Positions 7,356 to 18,000 are shown, numbered from the stretch's first letter. The stretch: DNA of 20,000 nt from an uncultured virus (IMG/VR IMGVR_UViG_3300042887_002087) (IMGVR_UViG_3300042887_002087:55241-75240); one strand, 5' to 3'. Translations and numbers: made by a program. Notes: generated from the sequence alone by a model not told the origin.

Positions 7356-8471
7356 ATGTCTCAAATTATTTCACAAGCGGAAAAGGATAAATTATATACT
7401 CAGGTCTTTCATCTATTAGGTATGCCAGTTCGTGGTATTGAACTTACCGAAGAACAAATGGATACCTTCATGGAATTGGCTTTATCTGAATACGAACAAT
7501 ACGTTAGTGATTGGTTGATTGAATCTCAGTGGTCGGCACTTGCGGGATTAGATATAGATACACAATCATTATCAAGAGCTTTTACAACAAGAAGTTTAGA
7601 TTACGAAACACAATATACTCACTCATACTCCAAAATTGTAGGTTTACAATCTGGTGGTGATTGGGAACTAAAAAAGGATTATTTTACACTTTCAGGAGAA
7701 ACTCAAGTTTATGAAATTCCCGCTGGCCGTGAAGTAAATGAATTATTATGGTTTGCTCGTGCTGAATTAAGTGATTCATTTGTTGATCCGTTTATGGCGG
7801 GATTTGGTGGTCTTGGTGGATTAGGTTTCGGTGGTGCCGGTGGATTTGCACAAATGGGTAATGCTGGATCTTACTTTATGACTCCCGCATTTGACTTATT
7901 ATTAAGAATGCAAGATAGAAGTATTAAAAATAGACTAATTGGTGGTGATTTAACTTATAGAATAACTGCAGGTCCTGAAGGTAAAAAATTAGTTCATTTA
8001 TATAATGTACCGGGTGGTAAATTTGATTTTGGTTCAATAAAACAAAAAAATTATAATGTTTGGTATTGGTATTATGATACTATGGATAGAGATTCATGTC
8101 TTAAAGATAATAAAGACGTAATTAAATTACCATCTGATGTTGATACTGAACAATTGGTATGGGAAAACTTAAATAAACCAGCTCAAAACTGGGTTAGAAA
8201 GTATTTGATTGCCTATTCTAAAGAAGGTTTAGGTCGTATTTGGGGTAAATTCTCAGGTGATTTACAAGTTCCTGATAGTCAAGTTAAGTTAGATTATCAA
8301 TCTTTAATTACGGAAGGTAAAGATGAGAAATCTAAATTAGTTGAAGAACTTATGGCTAGATTAGAAAGACTCCGCCCCGACAAACTTCTTGAAAGAAAAG
8401 GTGCCGAAGCGGAGAATCTTAATAAGGCACTTAAGTTTAGAGCAATGCCTTCATCTATTATTGTAATCTAA
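7356..8471 (+). CDS. Neck / head-tail adaptor protein (T4 gp13-like)
   Basis: N-terminal LLGMPVRGIELTEEQMDTFMELALSEY matches the gp13 LG.P...VE.T..Q pattern; C-terminal WVRKYLIAYSKEGLGRIWGKF...P....LD...L..EG..E. Confidence 0.85.
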   Translation: MSQIISQAEKDKLYTQVFHLLGMPVRGIELTEEQMDTFMELALSEYEQYVSDWLIESQWSALAGLDIDTQSLSRAFTTRSLDYETQYTHSYSKIVGLQSGGDWELKKDYFTLSGETQVYEIPAGREVNELLWFARAELSDSFVDPFMAGFGGLGGLGFGGAGGFAQMGNAGSYFMTPAFDLLLRMQDRSIKNRLIGGDLTYRITAGPEGKKLVHLYNVPGGKFDFGSIKQKNYNVWYWYYDTMDRDSCLKDNKDVIKLPSDVDTEQLVWENLNKPAQNWVRKYLIAYSKEGLGRIWGKFSGDLQVPDSQVKLDYQSLITEGKDEKSKLVEELMARLERLRPDKLLERKGAEAENLNKALKFRAMPSSIIVI

Positions 8472-11365
8472 CTTTCAATTGCGTGAAAGGCGTAATCGTG
8501 ACCATTTGTTTCAATTATTTCTTCTTCATTTGATTTAGTACTTTCAGCTTGAAGTGTAACAACCTTTCTATTATGTTCCACCCAATATTGGTCAGCAAGT
8601 TCTAAACTATTTTCTACATACATAAAGTAAGGATCACGTCCAACTCTATTCCAAAATATTACTTCACTATCAGATAAAGTCATAACCTCATCTAATTTAT
8701 CTTGACCTTCTTCTTTTAACGGAAAACCATTAACTAAATCACATTGAGACTTTGTAAAGTATTGTCTATCTTTTGGATCTTCAATTAATATATCTTCTCT
8801 AATTGCCGGATTAAAAACAACCAATAAAGGTTCAACACGTTTGTTAAAATTGTTAAGATAACGAGGAACATTATACTCACCTTTTAAATCTGGGTTATTT
8901 AATATTTCCTTTTCATCAATCATATAACAATTGACCTCGATATAATCATTTGGCATCGGATAACCATTCTTTGCTGTAAATTCTTCTTGTTGTTTCTTTG
9001 TTGGTTTTGTAATCTTCTGTACGTCACCTGATGATTTTTTTGTTCCATTATTAACATAATAAATTGTATCACCTAAACCTGCGGGATAATCACTATTCAT
9101 AATCAATTCCATATGTGCTTGACGAGACATTAATGAACCAGCCTTAGTAGTTTTCATAACATACTTTTTATATTCATTAATACTTTGTTTAACACGTGCT
9201 TTGTTTGCAATCTTTGATAATGGAATTTCTTTTTCGTAAATCTTTGTCACATAATCGTAATATAATTCCACGAATGAATGACCATCACCATTTAACAAAT
9301 ATTTTAATCCTTCATCTAAAAACTCAACAATATATGTTTGTAATTTTTTAGATTTAATTGTGTTACCTGTCAATTTAATTTTCTCTTTTCCTTTCTTTAT
9401 TATCTTAATGATATAGTTCTTACGAGAAACATTAATACAAGCTGGCGCAACATAGTCAATATCTAAACCCATTTCACCTCTCATAAAAATATCATTAAAC
9501 TCCGCAGTATGTGCTTCAATACCCGTATATTCTTTTCCTTCGGTTACTAATTCATTTAATCCTTTACCGACATACACAGCATCTTTTGCAGTATCGGGCG
9601 TTTCAAAGTTCACACCATCCGTATCCATTACGAGAGGTTTATAACCCTTCTTCATGTAGAACATAATCATCATACGTAAACACTGACGACCAATACAGGT
9701 AATGGTTTCACCTGAATTCATTTCACCCCAAGGGAATACGTGTGGTGCCGATAAACTACCAAAATACGCATTGATAAAAATCTTAATTGGTAATTGTTTA
9801 CGATCATATACCTCAGACATAACAGGATCACTATTCTTTAATTCACCCGCTAAGTTTTTATATTTAATACGAATGTTTCTAAAATATTTTAACATTGATT
9901 TCTGAACTCCCATAACATCACAATCAGGAAATACATCATATACTAATTGAATAGATGGATAGAGTGATGAATAGTCAAACTTAACAATATTCTTTGCAAA
10001 TCCCACATTTAATAAACGAGATAATCCACCTGTGAAAGCACGTTTCTCATCTTTTGCTGGTATTGCTAAATTGTGTTCGTATGACCACGCTAACATGATA
10101 ATTTTCCATAGTGTTGCAGTTCCCATTGTTGCAATTCTTTCATACGTCGTAGGAACTAATTTTGAAAGTAAAAATGTTGATTGAGAGAAACTATCATCTA
10201 CAATCATAGTCTCATACAAATCATCATCAAGATATTGTTCTACAATTTTTCTTCCCGTCCATATCTCAAACTTGCCAGGATATTTCTGTGTTAGATTTTC
10301 TGTGCCAGGTTCTCCAATTTGTTTATAACCACCTGTCTTTGGATTCACATAATAACTTTCGTTCTCCAAATATATTTTTGAAATCTTTGCACCATCAACG
10401 TATACACGATTAGGTTTTTCTTTCTCCAAATATGTTGTAATATATTTTAATCCCCAACTTTTAATTTCAGAGTTAATAGCTTGTGCTCTACGAACTGAAT
10501 GTGCAATATCAATAATATTAAATCCCCAAATAACGTGTTGTTTATATGGTTCAATTTCATTTGCAAGTTTTAACATTCCTTCCTTCTCTTTCATTCCTTG
10601 TGTTGTAAAGATTTGTGTTAAACCATCAACATCAACACCAAGAATTTCTGCACGTTTTAATATAAAAGGCCAGTCAAAAAACGCTGAATTATAACCTGCA
10701 ACAATGGTTGGTTTTAAATCTTTAATATACTTGAAAAATCTTTCTATACATTTCTTTTCACCGTCTTCGCCAAACGCTGGAATTGTTTCATTCATACCAC
10801 GATTGTCTTTTACTCCAATCAATATGATAACACAAGTCTCAGGATCAAGACCTGTAGTCTCAATATCAAATACAAATCTATTCACACCACCGTAATCTTC
10901 AATACCTTTAAATAATCTTTTTTTCTTTTGTATAAGGTATTGTTCAACGGGGTTTAAGATTGTAAAATTATGTCTAACTTTTTCATCCCATGGATTTAAT
11001 CCACCCATTCTAAAAAACGAAACTAAATCCGTATATGATTTAATACTTTTAACGATATGGGTCATACCATTTTCTAAACGTTCGTTTCCGTGTGTGTCTA
11101 ACTTTTCAATTAATATACCAAACTCACCCATACGTTTCTTTTGCATGGCTTTTGAGTTGTTATAAAAATTTAAACCTGTTAAATCACCCACCCATAAAAA
11201 CGGAGTAAATGTATCAGTTTTAATAATTTTACCCTCAATTGGGTCCTGAATAATCTTGTAGATTGTGTTGGTTGGGTAGTCGTATTCAACTCCGACGATA
11301 TACATTTCATCGTCGCCACCATTGAGGAAGCCTTCAATAACTTCCTGAGAGATAACCTCTTTCAT
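8468..11365 (-). CDS. polB: Family B DNA polymerase with 3'-5' exonuclease, 965 aa
   Basis: ExoI FDIETTG, ExoII GYNSAFFDWPFI, ExoIII YLDDD; motif A FDYSSLYPS, motif B KIFINAYFG, motif C DTDG, and RKNY. Confidence 0.95.
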   Translation of the reverse strand: MKEVISQEVIEGFLNGGDDEMYIVGVEYDYPTNTIYKIIQDPIEGKIIKTDTFTPFLWVGDLTGLNFYNNSKAMQKKRMGEFGILIEKLDTHGNERLENGMTHIVKSIKSYTDLVSFFRMGGLNPWDEKVRHNFTILNPVEQYLIQKKKRLFKGIEDYGGVNRFVFDIETTGLDPETCVIILIGVKDNRGMNETIPAFGEDGEKKCIERFFKYIKDLKPTIVAGYNSAFFDWPFILKRAEILGVDVDGLTQIFTTQGMKEKEGMLKLANEIEPYKQHVIWGFNIIDIAHSVRRAQAINSEIKSWGLKYITTYLEKEKPNRVYVDGAKISKIYLENESYYVNPKTGGYKQIGEPGTENLTQKYPGKFEIWTGRKIVEQYLDDDLYETMIVDDSFSQSTFLLSKLVPTTYERIATMGTATLWKIIMLAWSYEHNLAIPAKDEKRAFTGGLSRLLNVGFAKNIVKFDYSSLYPSIQLVYDVFPDCDVMGVQKSMLKYFRNIRIKYKNLAGELKNSDPVMSEVYDRKQLPIKIFINAYFGSLSAPHVFPWGEMNSGETITCIGRQCLRMMIMFYMKKGYKPLVMDTDGVNFETPDTAKDAVYVGKGLNELVTEGKEYTGIEAHTAEFNDIFMRGEMGLDIDYVAPACINVSRKNYIIKIIKKGKEKIKLTGNTIKSKKLQTYIVEFLDEGLKYLLNGDGHSFVELYYDYVTKIYEKEIPLSKIANKARVKQSINEYKKYVMKTTKAGSLMSRQAHMELIMNSDYPAGLGDTIYYVNNGTKKSSGDVQKITKPTKKQQEEFTAKNGYPMPNDYIEVNCYMIDEKEILNNPDLKGEYNVPRYLNNFNKRVEPLLVVFNPAIREDILIEDPKDRQYFTKSQCDLVNGFPLKEEGQDKLDEVMTLSDSEVIFWNRVGRDPYFMYVENSLELADQYWVEHNRKVVTLQAESTKSNEEEIIETNGHDYAFHAIES

Positions 11366-11397
11366 GTTTTATATTTTTTTAATGTGACGTATTAGCT

Positions 11398-11411
11398 TGT
11401 GGAAAACCACA
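11398..11411 (-). promoter_or_regulatory. Hairpin in the polB 5' leader (UGUGG-UUUU-CCACA)
   Basis: Perfect 5-bp stem 32 nt upstream of the ATG, downstream of the TTATATTTATA promoter-like motif (11429-11439). Confidence 0.4.
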
Positions 11412-11454
11412 GTTTGCCTTGTTTACATTATAAATATAATTAAAAAAGGGGGTA

Positions 11455-11811
11455 TTAAGAAATATTGATGTATAATTTTTCTTTAATAGGTAGAATAAGG
11501 ATATTACCGTTATCAAATGTAATAGTTACTTTACCCTCAAACCTTCCCACTTGTGATGTATGTTCGGTTGTAAATCTATGTGTGATATAATATTCGTCAG
11601 TTGTATAGTTATACTTCTTTGTTCTATTGGTTAAAAGACATTCAGATCCTAACACCATAGGTTCGCCCGTTGTAACATCAGACATCTCAAAGGTGATTGT
11701 TGTACCACTTGCTAACATTTCATTGAATGATGACTTATCGTTTTTACCGTCGTCAATCATTCTCATCTTTAATATTGGGTCAGTTGCCCCTTGTCTTATG
11801 TGAAATTCCAT
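11455..11811 (-). CDS. BppU N-terminal-like Ig-fold structural protein
   Basis: FHIRQGATDP.L....D, ITFEM, Y.....T...GRFEGKVTITF...ILP pattern; TATTTATA 4 nt upstream (11816-11823). Confidence 0.6.
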   Translation of the reverse strand: MEFHIRQGATDPILKMRMIDDGKNDKSSFNEMLASGTTITFEMSDVTTGEPMVLGSECLLTNRTKKYNYTTDEYYITHRFTTEHTSQVGRFEGKVTITFDNGNILILPIKEKLYINIS

Positions 11812-11854
11812 ATGTTATAAATACATTAAGAACCGATTGTTGTTTATGTTTGTT

Positions 11855-12499
11855 TTAATTGGTGGTTTCTATTGTTTTCTGAAAATACCTTTCAATTCTT
11901 TTACTTAATCGGACTCTTACATCGGTTGTAGTTCTACCCACCACATCGTATGGTAATATAAAACCAAAACTTAGGAAAACTCTTCTTGATTTGAATTCGT
12001 TCGTCCAATGTTTGTATAGAGATGCCTCAAATCCGTATAGATCACCTTGATTTATTTTTATAACATCTTTATCTAAAAATAATTCGTAATCCTCTGATAA
12101 AACACTAATATTACATTTATAATTAACATGTCCTTCAACTGCCGCGTCATAGTGAGGATTTATCTTTCCCCCACTATTCATATCTACCGCTTGTAAGAAG
12201 ATATGATTTTTAGGAAATTCAAATTCTTCTGCAATTCTATCAATAATGGTATCAATCAAATCAGGTAGTTTATCTTTTGAAACATCTGATACCGCTTGAA
12301 ACTTTGTAATATAATTTGTAAAAGGTGTATCCGAAATATCAAACATATAAGTTTTACCTTTTAGTTCTTTTGATAATTCCGAAAGATGATGATTAGCACC
12401 ATTACCACTATGGTCAATTGAGTCTATCCAATTTATTATTTGTTTGGACTCGGATGGTGTAATAAATCCCCTTTTAATTTTATAATTATTATTTTTCAA
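11855..12499 (-). CDS. 2OG-Fe(II) dioxygenase
   Basis: HxD (INPHYD), distal His (YKHW) and 2OG-binding Arg (RVFLSF); TTG start overlaps the upstream stop. Confidence 0.8.
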   Translation of the reverse strand: MKNNNYKIKRGFITPSESKQIINWIDSIDHSGNGANHHLSELSKELKGKTYMFDISDTPFTNYITKFQAVSDVSKDKLPDLIDTIIDRIAEEFEFPKNHIFLQAVDMNSGGKINPHYDAAVEGHVNYKCNISVLSEDYELFLDKDVIKINQGDLYGFEASLYKHWTNEFKSRRVFLSFGFILPYDVVGRTTTDVRVRLSKRIERYFQKTIETTN

Positions 12500-12737
12500 T
12501 TTTTTTCAAATTATGTTTTGCTAAAAACTCTTTGGGGTTCATCGCCTCTATTATAGTTAATTCAGCAGAATCCATCATCTGTTTAGCCTTTTCTTCCGTA
12601 ACCGCCATTACACACAATTTGTGAGTTGAAGGCGACTCTCCGGTTGGTGATAAATCTATTTTTAAGATATTATCATCTTTCATTTTTTCTCTTGCTTGCT
12701 GAACTTTGGAGTCTTCACATAATATACATATTCTCAT
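12489..12737 (-). CDS. Hypothetical protein, 82 aa
   Basis: ATG-started, co-oriented and tightly packed between the fibre and oxygenase genes. Confidence 0.7.
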   Translation of the reverse strand: MRICILCEDSKVQQAREKMKDDNILKIDLSPTGESPSTHKLCVMAVTEEKAKQMMDSAELTIIEAMNPKEFLAKHNLKKIEK

Positions 12738-12752
12738 ATTTCTTTTGTTTTA

Positions 12753-15026
12753 TTAGTCTATTGGTTCGGTTATTTGTTGTGCTATATACCATTGACCATT
12801 ATTATCTAATGCAGTTAATATAGGTGTTCCATCAAACCTTCTTTGAATAGTTTTATTGTAATATTCATAAACCATTGGTGTTGTGGTAATTGTATCTACC
12901 GTCAAAACTAAATCAGTAGTTCCACCAAATGAACCAGAAGCAATTGTTATTGTATCACCTGTTAGGTATAGTTTTCCAATAGTTGAAGCTTCAACATTAC
13001 TAACAAGAGTTGACGCAACAGTGATAGTAAATACTGAATTTACTCCTGCCCCTGATGATGTTCCAGTTACACCTGTATAAACTCCATCGGTTCCGGTAGT
13101 TGATGGGTATGAATAATCAATAGGGTTTCCTAAATATGCGGTAAAATCTATTCCATTTAGAGGAGTTTCTATTCTATTAAATTGAAAATCGTTACCTACT
13201 GTATTGTTTTCAAACTCATCCCCAATATTATTATTATAGAAATATTCTCCAATTGTGTTGCCATAAAAATAGTTTCCAATTACATTACGCCTACTGTCAC
13301 TGCCACCAAATCCAAAACCGTCACCGATGTTGTTACTATAAAAACTATTTCCAATTTGATTATATCTAAAATCATCTGTTATTCCGTTATCAAAAAAATT
13401 ATTTAATATAAAATTATTTTTAAAATTTAATCCTATATCATTTGATTGAAAGGTATTTCCAATGTTATTATTTGTAAAATAATTTTCAATCTCATTTCCC
13501 CCAAAGTCGTTCCCAATTTTATTATCATCAAACTGACCCACTATTAAATTCGCCTTAAATTCATTACCAATATGATTGTCCTCAAAAGTTGAACTATTAT
13601 TAATTGTCCCTAATGTATTATTGTGAAAACCAAACCCAATTGTATTCCTATAAAAAGAGTTATAAATATTATTTGTATAGAAATTATCCCCCACCGTGTT
13701 ATTATTAAAATCATTTTTAATAAAATTACTGTTAAAATTACCAACTACGTTATCATCAAAACTAGTTTGTATAATGTTTCCATAAAAAGAGGATTTTAAT
13801 ATGTTATTGGCGAAAGAGTCGTCACCAGTGTAAAAATTACCATAGAATGATCCCATTATTAAATTATTATCAAAATCATTTGAGTCATTATCACCTAAAT
13901 TGTTGTTATAAAACTCATCTTGAATAATATTATTTGTGAAATCACATATAATTATGTTATCGTAAAAATCTGAAGATATTGTATTGTAATCAAAATCATT
14001 ATCAATTATGTTACCATAGAAATTACCACTAATTGTATTATTTGCACAATCATCATTAAAGGTATTGTTTCTAAAATTACTTCCAAAAGAGTTATCTCTA
14101 TATGGGCCATCTCTGAAAACGTTGTTTGGAAGTAAGAAAGTATATTCTTCACCAATAGTGTTTGCAACTCTATTACCACAAGTATTGTTAAAACATTCAT
14201 CATAACTTGTGAATGTATTGTATTCGGTAAATCCTGTGTTAGAAATAATATTGCTTTGTTTGTAAGACATTCGAGTATCAATTTCGCGGTCTGTATAGAA
14301 AGTGTCATTGACACTATAAATTGTGCGTCCCGTAACAGTCATACTCGTTTCTGAATCAATAGAAACAATTTGATAAAAATTTACACCATACGCCGTATTT
14401 GGATTCACGATACCTATAACTTCTCCGGTAGTTCTACCTGTAAAATTTGTTCCTACACCCGTTACAACACCAACACTATTAATACTTACTTTTCCGTCAT
14501 AAATTTCCTCGGCACTATATGCGTCATATCTCTTAAATAAAACTTCTCTAAAGTCATAATCAAAGGCATTTCCTTTATCGTCAATTCTGTATGTAATTCT
14601 ACCAAACGCAGCACCTGCTGTAACTTCAGTAGATGTAAAATATGGATCATATTGTATTGTATCACCTGAATATTCTGGTTGATATGCGTGTTCTGAAATT
14701 TTATCAACATCAGTTGCCAACACAAGTATAGGTGCCACATTACCTTGTTTGTAATTACCTGTTTCAATTGTGTTACCATTATGGTCATAATCAGGTTGGT
14801 CGTAACAAGTTTTGAAATCTGTGATTAAATAATGTTTACCTGGTGTTAATGTTGCACCTGTTAAAAGAGAGTATAACTCACTATGTGTTACTTCCTCATA
14901 TATTGAGACACTTAGTAAATTACTTACGCTTACTTTTTTAGTTTCTCCGTTGTTAACTATTGGTAACATATCTCCCGATAAAGGTTCGGTAAGTTCATTT
15001 AATTGTGAAATTTTTTGATCTGCCAT
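12753..15026 (-). CDS. Tail fibre/spike-like protein with Asn-rich beta-helix
   Basis: N-terminal KISQL...GD..PIV..GETKK anchor-like motif, VTGVGTNF fibre motif, many ~9-aa N-x-I-G-x-x-F-x-x repeats, and C-terminal G..Y.TGDTITI module. Confidence 0.75.
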   Translation of the reverse strand: MADQKISQLNELTEPLSGDMLPIVNNGETKKVSVSNLLSVSIYEEVTHSELYSLLTGATLTPGKHYLITDFKTCYDQPDYDHNGNTIETGNYKQGNVAPILVLATDVDKISEHAYQPEYSGDTIQYDPYFTSTEVTAGAAFGRITYRIDDKGNAFDYDFREVLFKRYDAYSAEEIYDGKVSINSVGVVTGVGTNFTGRTTGEVIGIVNPNTAYGVNFYQIVSIDSETSMTVTGRTIYSVNDTFYTDREIDTRMSYKQSNIISNTGFTEYNTFTSYDECFNNTCGNRVANTIGEEYTFLLPNNVFRDGPYRDNSFGSNFRNNTFNDDCANNTISGNFYGNIIDNDFDYNTISSDFYDNIIICDFTNNIIQDEFYNNNLGDNDSNDFDNNLIMGSFYGNFYTGDDSFANNILKSSFYGNIIQTSFDDNVVGNFNSNFIKNDFNNNTVGDNFYTNNIYNSFYRNTIGFGFHNNTLGTINNSSTFEDNHIGNEFKANLIVGQFDDNKIGNDFGGNEIENYFTNNNIGNTFQSNDIGLNFKNNFILNNFFDNGITDDFRYNQIGNSFYSNNIGDGFGFGGSDSRRNVIGNYFYGNTIGEYFYNNNIGDEFENNTVGNDFQFNRIETPLNGIDFTAYLGNPIDYSYPSTTGTDGVYTGVTGTSSGAGVNSVFTITVASTLVSNVEASTIGKLYLTGDTITIASGSFGGTTDLVLTVDTITTTPMVYEYYNKTIQRRFDGTPILTALDNNGQWYIAQQITEPID

Positions 15027-15047
15027 TTTGTGTTTGTTTTTCTTTTA

Positions 15048-15055
15048 TATAAATA
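15048..15055 (-). promoter_or_regulatory. Putative late promoter TATTTATA upstream of the fibre gene
   Basis: Sense strand reads CTATTTATATAAAAGAAAAACAAACACAAAATG. Confidence 0.55.
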
Positions 15056-15091
15056 GTTTTATTTTTTGTCTATTACTTAGTATTTTTATTA

Positions 15092-18000
15092 TTAACTACC
15101 GAATGTTATTGATATTGGGTCGGCATATACAAATGGATTAGCTGATGTTACTGTTTGTGTGGCAGGTCCCGTTTGTATTGTAAAGATTCCGCCAATAGTA
15201 TCAGCAAAGAACGTACCTGGTGTTGTACTTGTGTATGTTACAGTGTTAGCACCTTGTGTTATAGATATTGTACCACCATTAGTTGCCAATTCAGTAAATT
15301 GAGTTGTGTAGTTGGTACCATTACTATCATCTAAATTGAAATAAATTTCATTAACACCGTTTGATTTATTTGGATTAAATGTTTCAGTTACTTCATTAGT
15401 TTCATTATTTCTTATTAAAAATATAGAATTACCATCTGATAACGGTGGTTGTGCATCAAAAATACCTCCTTCATCACTATAGAAATACCACGCACCTATT
15501 CCTCCACCTATTGATGTTGGTGTGGGTGTCGGTGTTGGTCCTCCTAATCCTATACCTACAACGACATCAATCGAACCGCCAGACCATGTGTAAGTATATG
15601 TTCCATTAGTTAAACCTAAACTTGATAATGTTTGACCTGTAAATGTTTGACTACTTGAAATATTTGCACCTGAAGTATAACCTGTTGGTACAATCAATAA
15701 GTATGGTGGTGCCATATTCATGATTACACCAAACGATTGTCCAGTACCTGAACTATGTGGTAATCCAGAACCACTTCCAAAATTACTTGGTACAGATGTG
15801 AATCCACTATATGAACTACCTGATGAACCACTAGCCCCACAAACAAATGTTGCATTACTAATACCTAAACCTCCATTTCCAAATGGTCCAGCACTTGATG
15901 ATACTAAAGTTAATCCGCTAAGGTCAACTGTTCCCGATGCAGACATAACAACATTTGAACCAACTTCAGTTATTGTAACCGTCATTGGTGCTGAACCGGA
16001 TGTCGGTGTAGGGGTGGGAGTACTTGTTGCTGGCACCTCTGTCGCCGTTGGTGTAGGAGTTGGTGTACTTGTCGGAGTAGGAGTTGGTGTTGAACATAAA
16101 ATATCCGTACAATCCGTTACTATAGTTGCATTATCTAAATCATAATCATAATAAGGTCCGTCATCATTTCCTGCGATTGTATAACATATATTAGTATCAA
16201 CATTAAATGTAAAACCAGACAAATTTATATCTGGGTCTAAACTCCTACCATATTTGTTATCACCTAAATTACAATTCAATAAATAATAGTAGTAATAAAT
16301 TGGTGTTGGTGTAGGAGTTGGTGTACTTGTTGCCGGTAAAGGTGTTTCAGTACTTGTCGGTTCTGGAGTTGGTGTACTTGTTGCTGCTAAAGGTGTTGGC
16401 GTTGGTGTATCTGTCGGTACCCCTGTTGGTACTGGTGTTGCCGTTGCAGGTTCAGGAGTACTTGTTGCCTCAGGTGTTGGTGTAGGTGTGTCTGTTGGAA
16501 CGTTTGTTGGTTCTGTTGTAGATGTAGGTGTTGGAGTTGGTGTCGATTGACCTGAAACTAATATATCTATATAGAAAACCTCCCCAAATGTAAATGTAGA
16601 AACAGGCGAACTTTGTACTAATGATAATTTAGTTGAATCTAAAAAATACGAATAATTAAAACTGTCATATACCATAGCGCTATTTGTACCTGAATATATT
16701 GCACTATTTCCATTTTGACATAATGTTACAGTAAATGAAGTACCTACTGCATTTCCGAAGTATGTTGTTTGGTCTGTTCCATCATTATCAATTTCATTAA
16801 AATATAATACCGAAGAATTAGTACCTAATATATTAACGAGATTTAATGCTGTTGCCGGTATAATATTTGATAACCAAAGTGATTCACCTGAACTTGGTGT
16901 TGTTAATAAATTTGACAACACATAAGGTTTACCACTACACGATGCAACTGGTGTTGGTGTTGGTGTCGGTGTATCTGTTGGACCTGATGTTGGTTCAGGA
17001 GTTGGTGTCGGCGTATCCGTCGGTGGGACTTCCGTTGCCGTTGGTGTAGGAGTTGACTCAACTGTTGGTTCAGGTGTTGGTGTATTAGTTGCCGGTAATG
17101 GTGTTGCGGTCGATGTACAATCAAATGTTATTGATTTAGCAAAAACATCTGTAGGATTATTTCTATCTCTAATTGAAACCCAAAGAGTACCACTAGAAAA
17201 CGGTGGTACAATACCTGTTGTTACAAAATTGTTTGGATTTGGTAATTCAAACCAACTGGTTTCTGCTAACGCCTCTTCTTCTGTATTAAATAAATTATTA
17301 CTTCTATCAATTACTCCCGAACCACCACCGTGATTAGATGTACTAATACGTCCACCAGCTGTACAATTATAACTGATAGTGAAATCTAAAGGTCCAACCG
17401 TTATTGTAGGAGTTGGAGTACTCGTTGTTGTTGGTGTTGGTGTTGCCGTTGCCGGTTCAGGTGTTGGTGTTGCTGTTGGTGTGGAAGTTGGTAATGGGGT
17501 TGGTGTTTCAGTAGGTGCTAAAGTTGCTGCTGCGTAGAAATTAGCTTGTAATGTTGCCGTACTACCTGTTACATATACAATCGTAAACTTAGAATTTGCT
17601 GCAGGTAAATTAATTCCGTCTCCTGACCAATACCAAAAATCACTTAAACCATAATCTAAATTAATAGTGTATTGTTGATTTTTAATAACACCCGCACTTA
17701 CATTTGATGTATATGTTTCACCATCAAAAATAATACTTGGTGATCCTGGTGGTACAATAATAGTTAATACCGCACCTTCAGGTGTTGATGTTGGTGTTGT
17801 TGTTGGTGTAGGTGTTCCTTCTGGGGTAGGAGTTGGTGTAGCGGTTGCTGGTGTACAGTTAACACCACTTACAAATTGACTATCGGTAAACTGAGTTAAG
17901 AAATATAATCCGCTACCATCGGCAAGAATGTAATACCCATCAAATAGTAATGAAACTGTTTCATTTGAATTTGAACTTACGTAAACATAATCAAAAATTT

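Noticed and set aside
297..8471. Extracellular contractile injection system or tailocin
   Set aside because: Head-joining gp13/gp14-like genes and a PolB indicate a true phage.
8468..11365. Intein or intron in polB or SNF2
   Set aside because: Motifs are normally spaced; no C...HN splice junctions or homing endonuclease motifs seen.
11441..11455. CCCCC-TTTTTT after the BppU-like gene as a terminator
   Set aside because: No complementary G-run upstream on the minus strand to form a stem.
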